Origin: Octopus bimaculoides
Lineage: Eukaryota
DNA: 64,000 nt
Assembly (NCBI RefSeq): GCF_001194135.2
Contig: NC_068988.1
Location: 21,079,432-21,143,431 of the forward strand
Reading direction: 5' to 3'
Shown: piece by piece, positions 1 through 13,098 of the stretch
Numbering within the stretch: position 1 is the first letter of the stretch
Layout: each line of letters opens with the position of its first letter
The notes under the pieces: generated by a model
Told to the model about the DNA's origin: nothing
The model's input: only the letters and a program-made list of their open reading frames with translations
Databases searched by the model: none
Made by a program: the position numbers and the translations under genes

Positions 1-217
1 TACTCGTTCGCTACATTTCTCATGCTGAACGTGACAAAGAAGTGCTTAACTCAATGCAGAACAAACTTATCAGGAAACTCCTTTCAGAAAGCACCATTAT
101 TTTGCTTTTGTTACCAATTTTATATCTTTTGCTGATATACATTCGCAAAAGATATATTCAGACACGTATATTCAGATTCCATCTACCATAATAATTTATA
201 TGAATGTTATTTTAGAT

Positions 218-541
218 CATAGGTTCTCAAAGTGGGCACTGCCACCCCCTGGTGGGTGTTGAGACGGTTCAGGTGGGTGCTGGAGCCTAAAGGGGAAGAG
301 TAGAGAAAAAGGAGGCGTTGGGATGAAGGTAGTGGTTTGGGGATGCTATGAATTTATTATAATATTATTATAGTATTGTATACAAATTATATAATATTAT
401 ATTAAATATCAAATGATTCATAGTGTATATAAATTAGTAAAATATCAAATATTTATTTATACATAAAAATAAGGGTGGGGGCGCTGAGGGTATTATGTGG
501 CTATGAGTGGGGCAGTGGCCCAAAAAGTTTGAAAACCTCTG
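218..541. mobile_element. hAT-type MITE
   Basis: Imperfect TIRs CATAGGTTCTCAAAGT / AGTTTGAAAACCTCTG; perfect 8-bp TSD TTTTAGAT (210-217, 542-549); no ORF. Confidence 0.85.
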
Positions 542-965
542 TTTTAGATTACACAACCTTCAAATGGCCTGCTCAGTGTCCATTTGGAGAAGCCTACCAG
601 TATAAAATGGTTTTATTTTGATTCTCTTCTCTTAGAACACAGATGTAGTTTAAGGTCAAAACTACTGCCCCCAATAGTTAAATCTGTGTTAACCTATTTA
701 GCACAGGAAGCATTAAAAAGCTGTGGGTGACGAAAAAGAAACACTATTAGTCAAGGATTAATATTATTTAAATTATTTCCGCAAGTGTAGGAGATAGTTC
801 TGGACTTGTTTCTGTGTCATATGACCTCATCAGCAAAGCATCGACTTTCACTTACTTGCCAAAATATTTCACGTATCCCGACTACTGTTCCTTACCACTA
901 CCTCCTCCTTACACTTCCCTCTTCCCCCTGTATCCACCTTAATCCTCATCTCTGATCATCTGTGA

Positions 966-1278
966 AGGCATGTGGCTTAGTCGTTAGGGTATTCAGCTCA
1001 TGGTCATAAGGTCATGAGTTCAATTCTCAGTGGCACATTGTGTCCTTGAGCAAGACACTTTATTTCATGTTGCTCCAGTTCACTCAGCTGGCAAAAATGA
1101 GTTGTACCTGTATTTCGAATGGCCAGCCTTGGTGCATTTTTGTGTTACACTGAATCTTTGTGAGAACTACATTAAGGGTACACATGTCTGTGGAGTGCTC
1201 AACCACTTACACATTAATTTTGCAAGCTGGCTGTTCCATTTATTGTATCAACTGGAACCTTCATCGTTGTAACCAACA
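966..1278 (+). mobile_element. Diverged tRNA-derived SINE (family A-like tail)
   Basis: Pol III A/B-box-like head, body GTGTCCTTGAGCAAGACACTT, tail ...GAGAACTACATTAAGGGTACAC... shared with 6610-6946; similar copy at about 42305-42590. Confidence 0.75.
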
Positions 1279-1390
1279 GTTATATGATCATGTCACACTC
1301 TAGTGCATTTACCTACCCATCCAACTTACCTGTTCCTCTCTATTCTCTTTCTCATATTCACCTTCTACCTCGAAGGTACACTCTCACTTC

Positions 1391-1800
1391 CCTCTCTCTC
1401 TCTCTCTCTCCCCTTCTCTCTCTCTCCCCTTCTCTCTCTCTCCCCTTCTCTCTCTCTCCCCTTCTCTCTCTCTCCCCTTCTCTNNNNNNNNNNNNNNNNN
1501 NNNNNNNNNNNNNNNNNNNNNNNNNNNNNNNNNNNNNNNNNNNNNNNNNNNNNNNNNNNNNNNNNNNNNNNNNNNNNNNNNNNNNNNNNNNNNNNNNNNN
1601 NNNNNNNNNNNNNNNNNNNNNNNNNNNNNNNNNNNNNNNNNNNNNNNNNNNNNNNNNNNNNNNNNNNNNNNNNNNNNNNNNNNNNNNNNNNNNNNNNNNN
1701 NNNNNNNNNNNNNNNNNNNNNNNNNNNNNNNNNNNNNNNNNNNNNNNNNNNNNNNNNNNNNNNNTCTCTCTCTCCCCTTCTCTCTCTTTCCCTCTCTCTC
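1391..1800. repeat. CT-rich minisatellite (about 16-bp unit CCCCTTCTCTCTCTCT) spanning an N gap
   Basis: Direct tandem units either side of the N run. Confidence 0.9.
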
Positions 1801-4800
1801 ACTAGCTGAGGAAGCTATGTATTCACTTCTTCAGCAAGACACCTATTCCTATCCTTCTATCATACTTTCACATCCCTCATTACTACACCCCTCTCAACTG
1901 AGGAGGGGAGTCGTGTCTTGTGAGTACTTGGTGACCTCACTTGTGCAGGCGCCACATGAAAAGCACTCAGTGCACTTTGTAAAGTGGTTGGTGTTAGGAA
2001 GGACATCCAGGTGTAGAAACCATGGCAAAACAGACATTGGAGCTCATCATAGCCCTCTGTTGTATCGTCCAAGCCATGCTAGCATGAAACACGGGGCATT
2101 AAATGCTGCTACTGAAGTATCATGAAATAAACGTACGATATTGTACAATGATTAACATAAAAATATATAGAATTGTGTGGAGAATAATTCAGATATGCTA
2201 TGAACATAAAAAATAGTACTTAATTTATTGTTAAAATTTTTATGCTGCACACATTAAATATATTTACAATAACTTAACCATTTCTTTTTTCATGCAGATT
2301 GTGTTGCTAAGTTACTGTTCTTAATGAATGACGATTTCTCTCAACTGTACAAAACAACTTAGTTACCATTTATTTCTAATTACCATTTCTTAATTGACCA
2401 CAAATATCTAATGAATAGTTGAATGTTAATTTGTTTCTTATGAAAGCTTTCAGAGTTAGGACTTCCAACGTAATTTCTGTCGCAATAATGAAAGTGCTGT
2501 CCTCTCAGATGTTTCACTATAAAATTTGATTGGTATAACTGTTGTAGTCATTGTGTCAGCAATTAACTGTTCCAGAATACTGCTTACAATAACAATAAAG
2601 CCTCCAAGAAATTGTTGTTTTGTTTAAAATACTTTTGTTCTTGTTGGCTTACATTAGAATCTTAATGTCTGAATGGATAAAGAACCAATCCAGCAAGTTC
2701 AAATTCTGTCAAGATTGACTTTGCCTTTCATCCTTTCGGGGTCAATAAATTAAGTACCAGTGAAACACTGGGCTCAATATAATCAGCTAGTCCCCCTCTC
2801 CTCAAATTTCAGGCCTTTAGAAGAAAGGAATTGGTCCAGCAATTGGAAGGTGAGGTATTTGAGTGACATTTGACCATAGGCAGTGCAATTTCTAACCTTG
2901 GTTTACATAACAAAAATTATTTATAAAGCATGAGAAATAGTTCACTAATGGTTTTTACTAGTTAATTGATATGTTGCTAGTTAACTGACAATTCTGGGTT
3001 CAGATACAGGGTCTATCATAGCTTTAACTAAGCTCCATTATAGGTTGTTGCTGAGTCCCATGTCAGCTCTTATTTACCAAACTTACAATCAAAATTATAC
3101 CAGTCATGACCATCCTGTCTTTCCAACATGTCTATGGGATGTTACCCAGTATGTCCTATCAGTTTTTTTTTTTTTTCTTTAGCTAGTAATCTATGATTAT
3201 AAAGACATCTGTCTGATATTTCCAGTAACTTCAGTGACCGTATAGATGATTCCTCATTTTGATCAAATTCCACTATTGATTCTAGTGTTGTAGAAATATT
3301 TTCTGATTGTTGTGAGCAGTGTCTACTTGAAATAGAGAACTACATGTGGGTATTATGAGTAGAAGCCTTGCTCCATGTTTAAAGCATCCAGATAATATAC
3401 CAAGATCTGTCAGTTGGAAAGTTAACCCATGAATAAAAATAACTATTACTTATATAAGCACCAAGATCTTTATGTATTTAGAGATAAAGGGACATAATAC
3501 TATGATGTTCATGTCTTTTCGAGAGATTTATTGGTACACACAAATAAAACTAGTTTGTTCTACTCAGGAATGAAATGTGAGTGTACTTTAATTTCACAAT
3601 GCCTGTCATAATGCATGGGTGATTAATGAAAGATAAAAATAGATAGAACCTGTTCTCAGGTTCATTCTGATATACCCTATAGAAGAAACTATTGAATGAG
3701 GAAATGAGTATTAAATTGGATTGTAGGAGTTCCCATTAACTTGGATTCCTCTGAGATTGTTTTTTGTCATGAGTCTGAAATGGCCAGCTCATTCACTGGA
3801 AAAATAATTAGAGCTTTGCTTGAACCTAGCTGGCCGTTACAAAAGGTATGGAATATTGAATGGTAGAGGAAATGGTTGTAAGATGTATGATGGTATAATG
3901 TGACCACAAATTGACTTTAGTTCTCGGCTGTAAGCTACAACACTTTTTGCCACTTGTTTTCTTGACAGAAAGATATGAACAACACAAATCTTGAGTCCTT
4001 GCAAACTGCATAAAAGTTATTTCCGACTGTTTTATCATGGTTAAGATGTTAGGAAGCAATTCATGATATCAATGATGCTGATGAGAACATCGTCTTTCTC
4101 TTCTAAGTATCCATCCATCCTTCCACCCATTTATCCACTGAATCAATCAATCAGTCACACTAGTTGGAGCTAACAGAAATCTAATATACAGATGCATAAA
4201 TTTGCCTTTTGTCTTTGTGAGGTTGATGAAATAAAGTCCCTCCAAATCCAGGGCAGTGGATAAGTGGAATTGTTAGATAGGATGCCTCATGGAATTTATT
4301 CTGAGTTTTTAGTTTAATCCATCTGTGAATTTAATATTACCACTTTGGGTCCTTTTATATGCCTTTAGCAAAGTTCTTTCCACTACAAGAATTTGGGCCA
4401 GATGTTCAGTTTGATGATAGTTGACTACCTTTCATCCTCCTTATCTTGGAGGCCCTAAAAAAAAAAAAAATTAAATAAAGGCTTCAGAGCTGTTGTCCTT
4501 TTCCTGACTAAATGATAAATAAGAACAAAAGGAGAAACTGAATAATTTTTCTTCTTAACTATTAATTTCTTTCCTTCCATGTTGGTTTTTGTTGTTGCAA
4601 TTAGTGACTACCTAACAATACTTTGTTTGATGTGTTGTTGTTGCTGTTATTGTAGTCTTCTGCTGTTTTATAATTCCCAACATGAGCAGTGCTTATTTGT
4701 TTTTTGTTCATATTTAAATGCTTACATCTGTTGAGTGACTCTGGAAAAAATAGTAAATTTGCATGAATAATTGTTGGAAGTAATGCACTTACTTCATACA

Positions 4801-6609
4801 CCCATATTCAAATTCATAAAAAAAAAAAAAATTAAAAAAAGCCCTTTCCTAAACAGAGAAGTAGAGGTCATTTTAGTTTCAGAAGAACATGCTGATGGAA
4901 CAACTAATAGACTGGTATAGTGTTTCCCAAGGTGGATTCCATGAAAAAATTCTGGGGTTCTACGAGAACCCTAGACTTTACTGAAATTTAATAAAAATTT
5001 ATTTTGTAAGAAATTCATTTTCACCATTGTCAAAATAATGTTGTCACATGTCTTTTTATGTAAATAATTTTTCTCTTTAACCCATTAAAATTTAAACCAA
5101 TCATATCCAGCACAAATATTCTACTTGTTTTTTATGTTCAAATTGATCAGATCCAACCTTTTCCACCTACCTTACAATGTCAGTCTAAAAGTACACAATC
5201 ACACGATCACATCACCAAAATCTCAAAGTTACAAGATTACATAAGCTCAATTAATGCGAAACAATATGGATAAATAAGCATTTACATTTGACAGAGTAAC
5301 CTGAAGGCTAAAGGATTAAAGCAATTATTAAAATTAGAGTTAATAGCGTTTTCCATAAAATACAGGTATGGTTTTTCCATAATTTTTGGAACATTGTGAA
5401 ATGGTACCTTGTGGAAACAGCTTGGGAATTCATAGTCCATTAGGTACTTCCAGCAGAAAGAGTAGATGGAGAATGCCCATCTGATTATTAGCTCTTCCAT
5501 CTGCTGCTTCTACTGTAGCTAAAATGACCTCTACTGCCATGAGTTTATCAATTTCACCTTAAACAGAATCAATACATTGATCACTTATGTCACTCCATAG
5601 TGAACACTCTTCAATCCTAGCTTTCCAGGAATTGAATATTTCTGGATTTTTTTTTTTTTTGCTTGTTTTTCACCTATATTTTTAATTTAATATCAACTAA
5701 ATTGACTATTTGGTTATTGCGATGATGGCTCTCATACCCTCACTGCCACCACCACCACCACCACCACCACCACCACCACAATCACCTGAAGCACCTCAGA
5801 AGGCCACGCTCACTGGTTGTTTTGATTTCCATTGTATCGAGTGGCTGAGTGATTAATTTCCTTAACCCCAAACATACATTGCCAATCTTTTGCAGGTTAA
5901 CCTTCTCCCAAATGGATTGGAGCCTTTTTCTTTCTTTCTTTTTTTTTCTTAAATAAGGTAAGGAAAATTGATTGAGGGCCTTGTTGGAGGAGTCAGTGTA
6001 ATATTTATAACAAAATAAGTTAAAATTCTGTGGACCTAGTATCTTCGATGTATATTCTTTGGTCAGTACCTTTTGAAGACATTGTGTGAGGCATGGACCA
6101 ACAAGAAATCAAGCGACAAGATGGTCAAGGTTAGATTTATCATAGATCTGTTCAGTTAGGACTGATCAGGTGCTTAATCAACAGTGGCAGCATGAAGCTT
6201 TCATAAATAGGAGTGGGAAAACCCTGGTGCTAAAAGCTGGCACGAAAATGGTGAACATGATTTATTTTCCTTCTAGATGCTATCAGAGAAATTACTTGAA
6301 GCAAGAGACTATATACTATATCACTTGTCACTGTTTGTAAAAGAGGTCATCTAGTAATTAACTCTTCGCTTGCTGTCCATCAGTTAATTCACTCCCTTAT
6401 CAACTGTTATCTTTAGCTACTTCCTACTGGCATTTTTTTTCTCATTAAGTCAAGCCAAGACAAGCCACATTAGGTCAAGGCCTGCTGCAGTTATTTATAC
6501 ATAGTAGTTACTCTATTAACAAAATCTCATCACAATGATGTAAAGTCTTCCTTATTCAGTAAGTAATTTCACAAGCTACATAATGCTGCTTGCTTATTAC
6601 ATTTATACT

Positions 6610-6946
6610 GTGGAGGCGCAATGGCCCAGTGGTTAGGGCAGCTGACTCGCGGTCGTAGGATCGAAGTTTTGATTCCCAGACCGGGCGTTGTGAGTGTTTA
6701 TTGAGCGAAAACACCTAAAGCTCCACATGGCTCCGGCAGGGGATGGTGGCGAACCCTGCTGTATTCTTTCACCACAACTTTCTCTCGTTCTTTCTTCCTG
6801 TTTCTGTTGTACCTATATTTCAAAGGGCCAGCCTTGTCACTCTGTCACGCTGAATCTCCCTGAGAACTACGTTAAGGGTACACGTGTCTGTGGAGTGCTC
6901 AGCCACTTGCACGTTAATTTCACAAGCAGGCTGTTCCGTTGATCGG
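6610..6946 (+). mobile_element. tRNA-derived SINE family A, 3'-truncated
   Basis: A box TGGCCCAGTGG and B-box-like TTTGATTCC; near-identical to 29869-30520 and 50088-50465; 14-bp TSD ATTACATTTATACT (6596-6609, 6947-6960). Confidence 0.9.
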
Positions 6947-7281
6947 ATTACATTTATACTAAAAGGAAGTTTATACATACATTCTTATGTCTTTTGTATG
7001 ACAGCAATGGGCTTATATGCCACACCTAGGATTCAAGTAAAATATGAAAAATTTGGTTCATTGCTCACAACTATTCCAATCACATAAAAATGTGTTCGTG
7101 ACTATTATAGGTGCGAGCATGGTTGTGTCATTAAGAAGTTTGCTTTGTAACCATGTTGTTTCAGGTTCAGTCTTACTATGCGGCACCTTGGAGCAAATGT
7201 CTTCTGCTGTAACCCTAGGCTGACTGATGACTTATGATGAGTGAATTTGGTAGACGGAAACTGTGTGGAAGCCTATCATAT

Positions 7282-7630
7282 GGGGTAAAGAGTAAAGACC
7301 CTCCCCCCACCCCTTCAGTCATGAATGAACATAGGATTGCACCTAGAAAGTTCCCCACCGATGTACAGATCCAGGCAAGGTTGTTTATGGAAGACCAGCA
7401 ATCGCCCATGCAACCCAGCCTTACCCTCTCCATGCCACCAATGTTATCCAGGGGAAAGGCAAAGGCTGATACAGCTTGGCACCAGTGATGTCACAACTCA
7501 TTCCTACAGCTGAGTGAACTGGAGCAACCTGAAATAAAGTGTCTTGTTTAAGAACACAACTCAATCTGGTCCAGAAATTGAATTCACTACCTCATGATTG
7601 TGAACCCGACGTTTTAAGCACTGAGCCATG
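7282..7630 (-). mobile_element. tRNA-derived SINE with the A-like body and a different tail
   Basis: Minus strand reads tRNA-like head, then TGTGTTCTTAAACAAGACACTTTATTTCAGGTTGCTCCAGTTCACTCAGCTG as in 966-1278, then an unrelated 3' part. Confidence 0.7.
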
Positions 7631-7637
7631 CATCTAT

Positions 7638-7669
<32 letters not shown>

Positions 7670-8913
7670 NNNNNNNNNNTTGAAAATGCAATTTTAAAGA
7701 TGTTTATTCACTTAGGATGGTGTGTGTATATGTGTGCGCATTTAACATCCCCCACCAACACACACACACACACACACACAAATGTGCACACATATACACA
7801 CACCATCCTACCAAATATAAAACACACACAGACCCATATACACAATAAACTCTTGGACCAATCAAAAACGGCCCACACACACAAACACAAGTATATACAC
7901 ACACACACACACACACTCACACCATTCTGACCTCTAAGACCAGTCCCATAAACCACTGAACCATGACAGACTAGCCCAGAAACAAAAAAAATCCTTTTAA
8001 TTCCACATTGCTCTTCCTTCTCACCCCCAACCAACCTCTGGCACTGTCCCTTAAAATAGCAAACATTCCTTAGCTACACACAAGACAGAAAAATTTCTCC
8101 AATTTTTTGTTAATTCTTAAATATGTCTCCTTCTGTGTATATACATACTACCAAACAAACATGGTTTATATTGAACTCCTAATACTTTTTGTTGAATACT
8201 TTCTTAAATACTTTCTTGTAAACTGTTTTTAACATTTTCTTATTATTATCAAAGAATGTATAACTGTATTTTAATACTTTTGTGACCACCAGTACTTAAC
8301 ACAACAAAGCTTATACAAAGCTAAGCATTTTACTTTTGATAATCTTTTTCTAAAAAAAGTGAAACCGGTCAAGTGAATAAACATCTTTAAAATTGCATTT
8401 TCACACCTTCTTTCATATATATTTCCACTTGTGCGGTATCTTACAACTTTACTTTGTTATATATATATATAGATAGATAGATAGATAGATGTGCATGTGT
8501 GCGTTTATCCTCCCACTGCTCCCACCACTTGACAATTGCTGTTGACTTGTTTATATCCCTATAATTTAGCAGTTCAGCAAATGTGACTGATAGCATACGT
8601 ACCAGGCTTTAAAAAAAAAAGGCTAAGTACTGGGGTCCATTTTTTTTTTTTNNNNNNNNNNCAAAACCATTCAAGGTGGTGCTCCAACATGGCCACAGAC
8701 CAATGACTGAAACAAGTAAAAGAAATGAAAGAAATCCAGTTCCCAAGATGCATTACTTGTTTTGTTGTTTTGTTTTGTTTTGTTTTTTTTTAACCAAAGG
8801 CATTCTTTTTAAGCCAGTCATTTACATTGAGTGATTAGTTTAGTGTGTCTCAAAGTTATTTTAGTGTATTTATTTTTTTTTACATGTCTTTTACGCAGTT
8901 GCTGTGAAAGAGT

Positions 8914-9117
8914 ATGGGCCAGAGACGCAGTAAATGTGCACCAGATCATTTGCAGAATTCTTCATCAGATAGTGACCTTGATACTGACACAGGTGCTTCA
9001 AGCAGTTCTCGGAAACAATCGAAATCCTCTCTTCCTTCCCCAACCGATAAAAAGATGTCTTTCTTCCGGAAGCAAAGTGATGAGGCAAAGCGGCGGTTTG
9101 AATATCAGATGCATTTA
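8914..9117 (+). CDS. LRSAM1: LRSAM1 coding exon 1 (MGQRRSKC...KKMSFFRKQSDEAKRRFEYQMHL)
   Basis: Acceptor ttacgcag ends 8898; in-frame upstream TGA at 8905; ATG 8914; second ATG 9055 matches the vertebrate start; donor GTGAGT at 9118. Confidence 0.92.
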
Positions 9118-12100
9118 GTGAGTATTTCTGACACATTGTTATTTTTACTTCTTTCACCTTTGACCTTGTAATCAGTGATGTTCGTTTAACTAATAGAATT
9201 AAAAGGTTTTGGTTTTCGTGCCTGTCTTCACTTATGGTCACGAACGTTGAGTAATGTCTGAAAGAGTATGATCATGAAGACAAGTGGCTGAATTAGGGTT
9301 CTTCCAAAGGATCTCTAGAGCAAAATTAGGGGTTTTCAAACTTTTTGACTTGCGGACCCCTTTATATTTCAGGCTTTACCTTAGGGAACCCCTTATAAAC
9401 GCTTATGAAATTTATACATAAATATTTGCTTAAAATAACATATATTTTTGCATTTATTTATTTAACAGTATTTAACAAATAGGTTTATTGTCAATTAAAA
9501 GATTTCGATTAAAAAACATATATAAAATCAAATTGCCCATAAAAAGTATTTGCTGTCTACAGACCTCTTGTCTTGTCCTTGCGGACCACAGTTTGAAAAC
9601 CCCTGCTCTAGAGCATGCTGCTATTGCTCCACATTGAAAAGTCATAGCTCCAATACGATGGACATGTGATTATAGTGCCATGGGTACGAATTGTATGACA
9701 GATTCTTCAAGGTGAGCCAACCAGCAACAGACATAAGGGTAGACCAAGAATGAGGTGTTGGGATACTAACCAGAGTCTCAGTTGGTCATCCTTTGGAAGC
9801 CAGCCAGAAGGTCTAATGACAGTTGCTTCTGACAGGACCCTATAGAGGAGATGCCTAAGGAATCTACTTCCATGACACCTTCAAGAATAGTGGGTAGGGA
9901 AGATGTATGGATTATTTGAATTTCATGTTGTTGTTTGAATTGTTAGTGTTGGAGAAAATATTTTGAGTATTTCTTTTGGTTCTTTATGATCTGAATCCAA
10001 ATTCCACTGAGGTCAATTTTGCCTATCATCCATTTGGCACTGATAAAATAAAGTACCAGTGAAATACTAGGGTTGAAGATATTGACTAACCCCACCCCTC
10101 AAAATTCCTGGCCTTGTGCCTAAATCAGAAACAAAGTTGGTGGGCTGACAAAATTGTACAAGATACTTTGCGTTGTTTGCTTTGGCTCTTTATATTGTGA
10201 GTTCAAATTCAGTTGCAGTCAACTGTGATCATTATTCTGTTGGGATTAATGAAATAAAGTGCCAGTCAAGTACTGGGGTTGATTGTATTTGCTACCCCTC
10301 ACCCTTCAATATTGCTGATCTTGCGCTTAAATAAGAAACTACCATGGTTATTATTTTGAAACTGAGGACTCTAAGATGCTGTGTAAGTTAGTAATAACAC
10401 ACCAGCCCATGCAGTGTCACAGAACTTTTGTCAGTGAATTGCGAGGGTCACAACAAACATATTGGCAATAACTAACTATTGATTTGTCATCACTTTTGGG
10501 GCACAGTATAAGCAGGTAATGTGTACCAAAGTAACCAGGAATGGCAAGTAATTGAATGAGGGCTAATGGACTGCTGAAGATTTCAGAACCATACCAGAAT
10601 GGTATCCCATCAAGGACACAGATGGAAAGAACATAGGAGTGGTGTTAGAGGCTTAGCTGAGGGTTTCTGTCCAGAAAAACTTGAAAAGCACATTTAAGGG
10701 TTTCTGCCCAAAAGAACTTGTAAAGTAGAGAGAGAGAGAGCAGGTGTCAGAGGGTTTTGTTTCAAAAGCACCACAACTAACGCTTCTGGTTGCAGCTTCA
10801 AAGATGGCCAAAAGACTTGTTTTGACATCAAAACCAGAATTTCAGTGACTGGGTGTCCTCTCTCCTGGCCACAACCAGTAATGCTACATCTTATTGAGAC
10901 CAGGAGGAGATTATGCAAAGTAAACTATTATAGCTTGGTAAACTACCTGGGACATTGCAAAGGGTAGAAAAAGGAAGAGGATTTTCCCATCTAAGAAGAA
11001 AAGCCAACTCTATGAGAAAGCATGCAAAACAGGCAAAGAAATGTTGACCCTGCCACCCCCGACCTGCAAATTAACAAAACCCTTTGCTCTGATAGACTCT
11101 CAATGAAAGAATTTGTTTAACCAATTGACACCTCTCTCTTGATTAGCTTTATTCATATTCTGACAGGTATATAAAATTAACAGAAACAAAAAAAATTATG
11201 GAACTTGTCTATAGAGAGATGAATTTGTTGAGAATTGAGTGAAGCAGTGATGGAATTTGAACTACTGTACTTTAAATTACTAAACCATCACAGCTGAGTT
11301 GATCTACTATGATTTTTATTGTAAGAAAGGAACACAAGCTGGTGGAATCATCCAAAGGGAAGCTGACAGAACCATTAGTGTGTTGGGCACAATGCCTGAT
11401 AGCATTTCTTCCAACTCTTTATGTCCTGAGTTCAAATTCTGTTGAGGCCAACTTTGCCTTTTATTCTTTCAAGGTCACTAAAATAAGTAGTAGTTGAACA
11501 CTAGAGTTGATTGTCCCCTTCTCCCAACTTTCAGGCCTTGTACCTATATTAGAAACAATTGTAAGAAAAGAAGATTGTTCCTCAATATTATTTTTTTTTT
11601 TTACACTGGCATAAACAAGTCCTGAAATTTCTACATTAGATTGACACAGTACTAAAATATCTTGTATTTATTTTATTGGCCATGGGTGCAGAAAAGCAAA
11701 ATTTGATTCCAAAAGGACTTGAACTCAGTACATAGGAGTAAGGGACTAAATTCTGTAAAGTGTTTAGTCTGATACTACACCCACTGTAATACTTGGTCAA
11801 GTTAAATATCAAAATGTATGTATATGTATTTAAATTTTTATAGGTGTTTGTAACCTGCAAATCTCTTCTTTTCATAGGCAGAAGATAATCCAGAACCTAT
11901 CTTTGATATTTCCAACAGTCAAATTAGTGAGGTAAAGGAAGATTTTCTTGTTATTGTCATTGCTTGAAAATGCCATTCCCTTCTTCTTGTGTCATTGCTG
12001 ATGTTAACTAACTTAGAATCAATCTGTATTTTGTGACCTTGAGCATATTTTCTTGTCAACAACTCATTGTTTAACTTGAATACTTAATACTTTGTGGTGT

Positions 12101-13050
12101 TTTTTTTTTCTACTACCACATGTGTGTGATTTACTATCAACAAATAAATTGTTATGTTTATAAAAAAAAAGATATTGCCTTCTGATATTTCTTACATCCT
12201 TGTAAACACTTATATCCGAAACCTTCTTACATACACACTATCCTAGCCAATGTGGTATTGTCTTTCTATTTTCTGACCTGTGACGATACACGTCTAACTG
12301 TAGAAACCAGGCCAAAGCAGACATTGGAATGAGGTGTAGTCCTCTGGTTCACCAGCTACCATTGAACTGTCCAACCCATGCTAGCATGGAAAACAGATGT
12401 TAAATGATGATGATAGTGATGATGATGACTCATTAGAATAGGTGCAGCACCAAACATTGAAACTCTATTGTCTTTGATACAATCTGTACTATGACAAGCT
12501 ACCAGTTATGTCGAAACACATTGAATTCCATGAAATACTTTGCCTGCTAAAATAACCACTGTTCTGCTCCAGTAAATAACTGACAGCATGAAAGAAAAAT
12601 GTTCAAACTATCACACACAGATCTCTAATATGATAAATCACTGCATGTAGCTGTACAAAATAAGATCTGCTGCCAGAAGAAAGCAATTTATCTGATCAGT
12701 TAACTTTGTTCTCTAGATATACTTGATATGAATCATTTTTCATCAATTTTTTTTTTTGGGGACTTCATGATGTACCTTAGACCAAACAAAAACTATTGAT
12801 AGTTTTTATATAGTAAACTTTATAAAAAAAAAAAAAACTATTTTAAAATTTAAAATTTAGCAAAAATGTTCAAAACTATCGCTTATCTTTACTTTGTTAA
12901 TTATAGACACAGGTATGATTGTGTGGTTAAGAAGCTTGCTTTCCAACCACATGGTTCTGGGTTCAGTCCTACTGCATGGCAGCTTGGGCAAGTGTCTTCT
13001 ATTATAGCTTTGTGAGTGGATTTGATAGAAGGAAACTGGAAGAAGTCTGC

Positions 13051-13098
<48 letters not shown>

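Noticed and set aside
5896-5957. Candidate LRSAM1 5' UTR exon (tttgcag ... AAG|GTAAGG)
   Set aside because: Good splice signals but no coding or homology constraint; needs transcript evidence
6610-6690. tRNA genes at SINE heads (families A, B, C)
   Set aside because: A/B boxes are present but there is no complete cloverleaf, and each continues into multicopy SINE bodies
10380-10960. GC-balanced block with a 25-bp direct repeat, possibly an LTR or LINE relic
   Set aside because: No termini, TSD, ORF motif or second copy identifiable by eye
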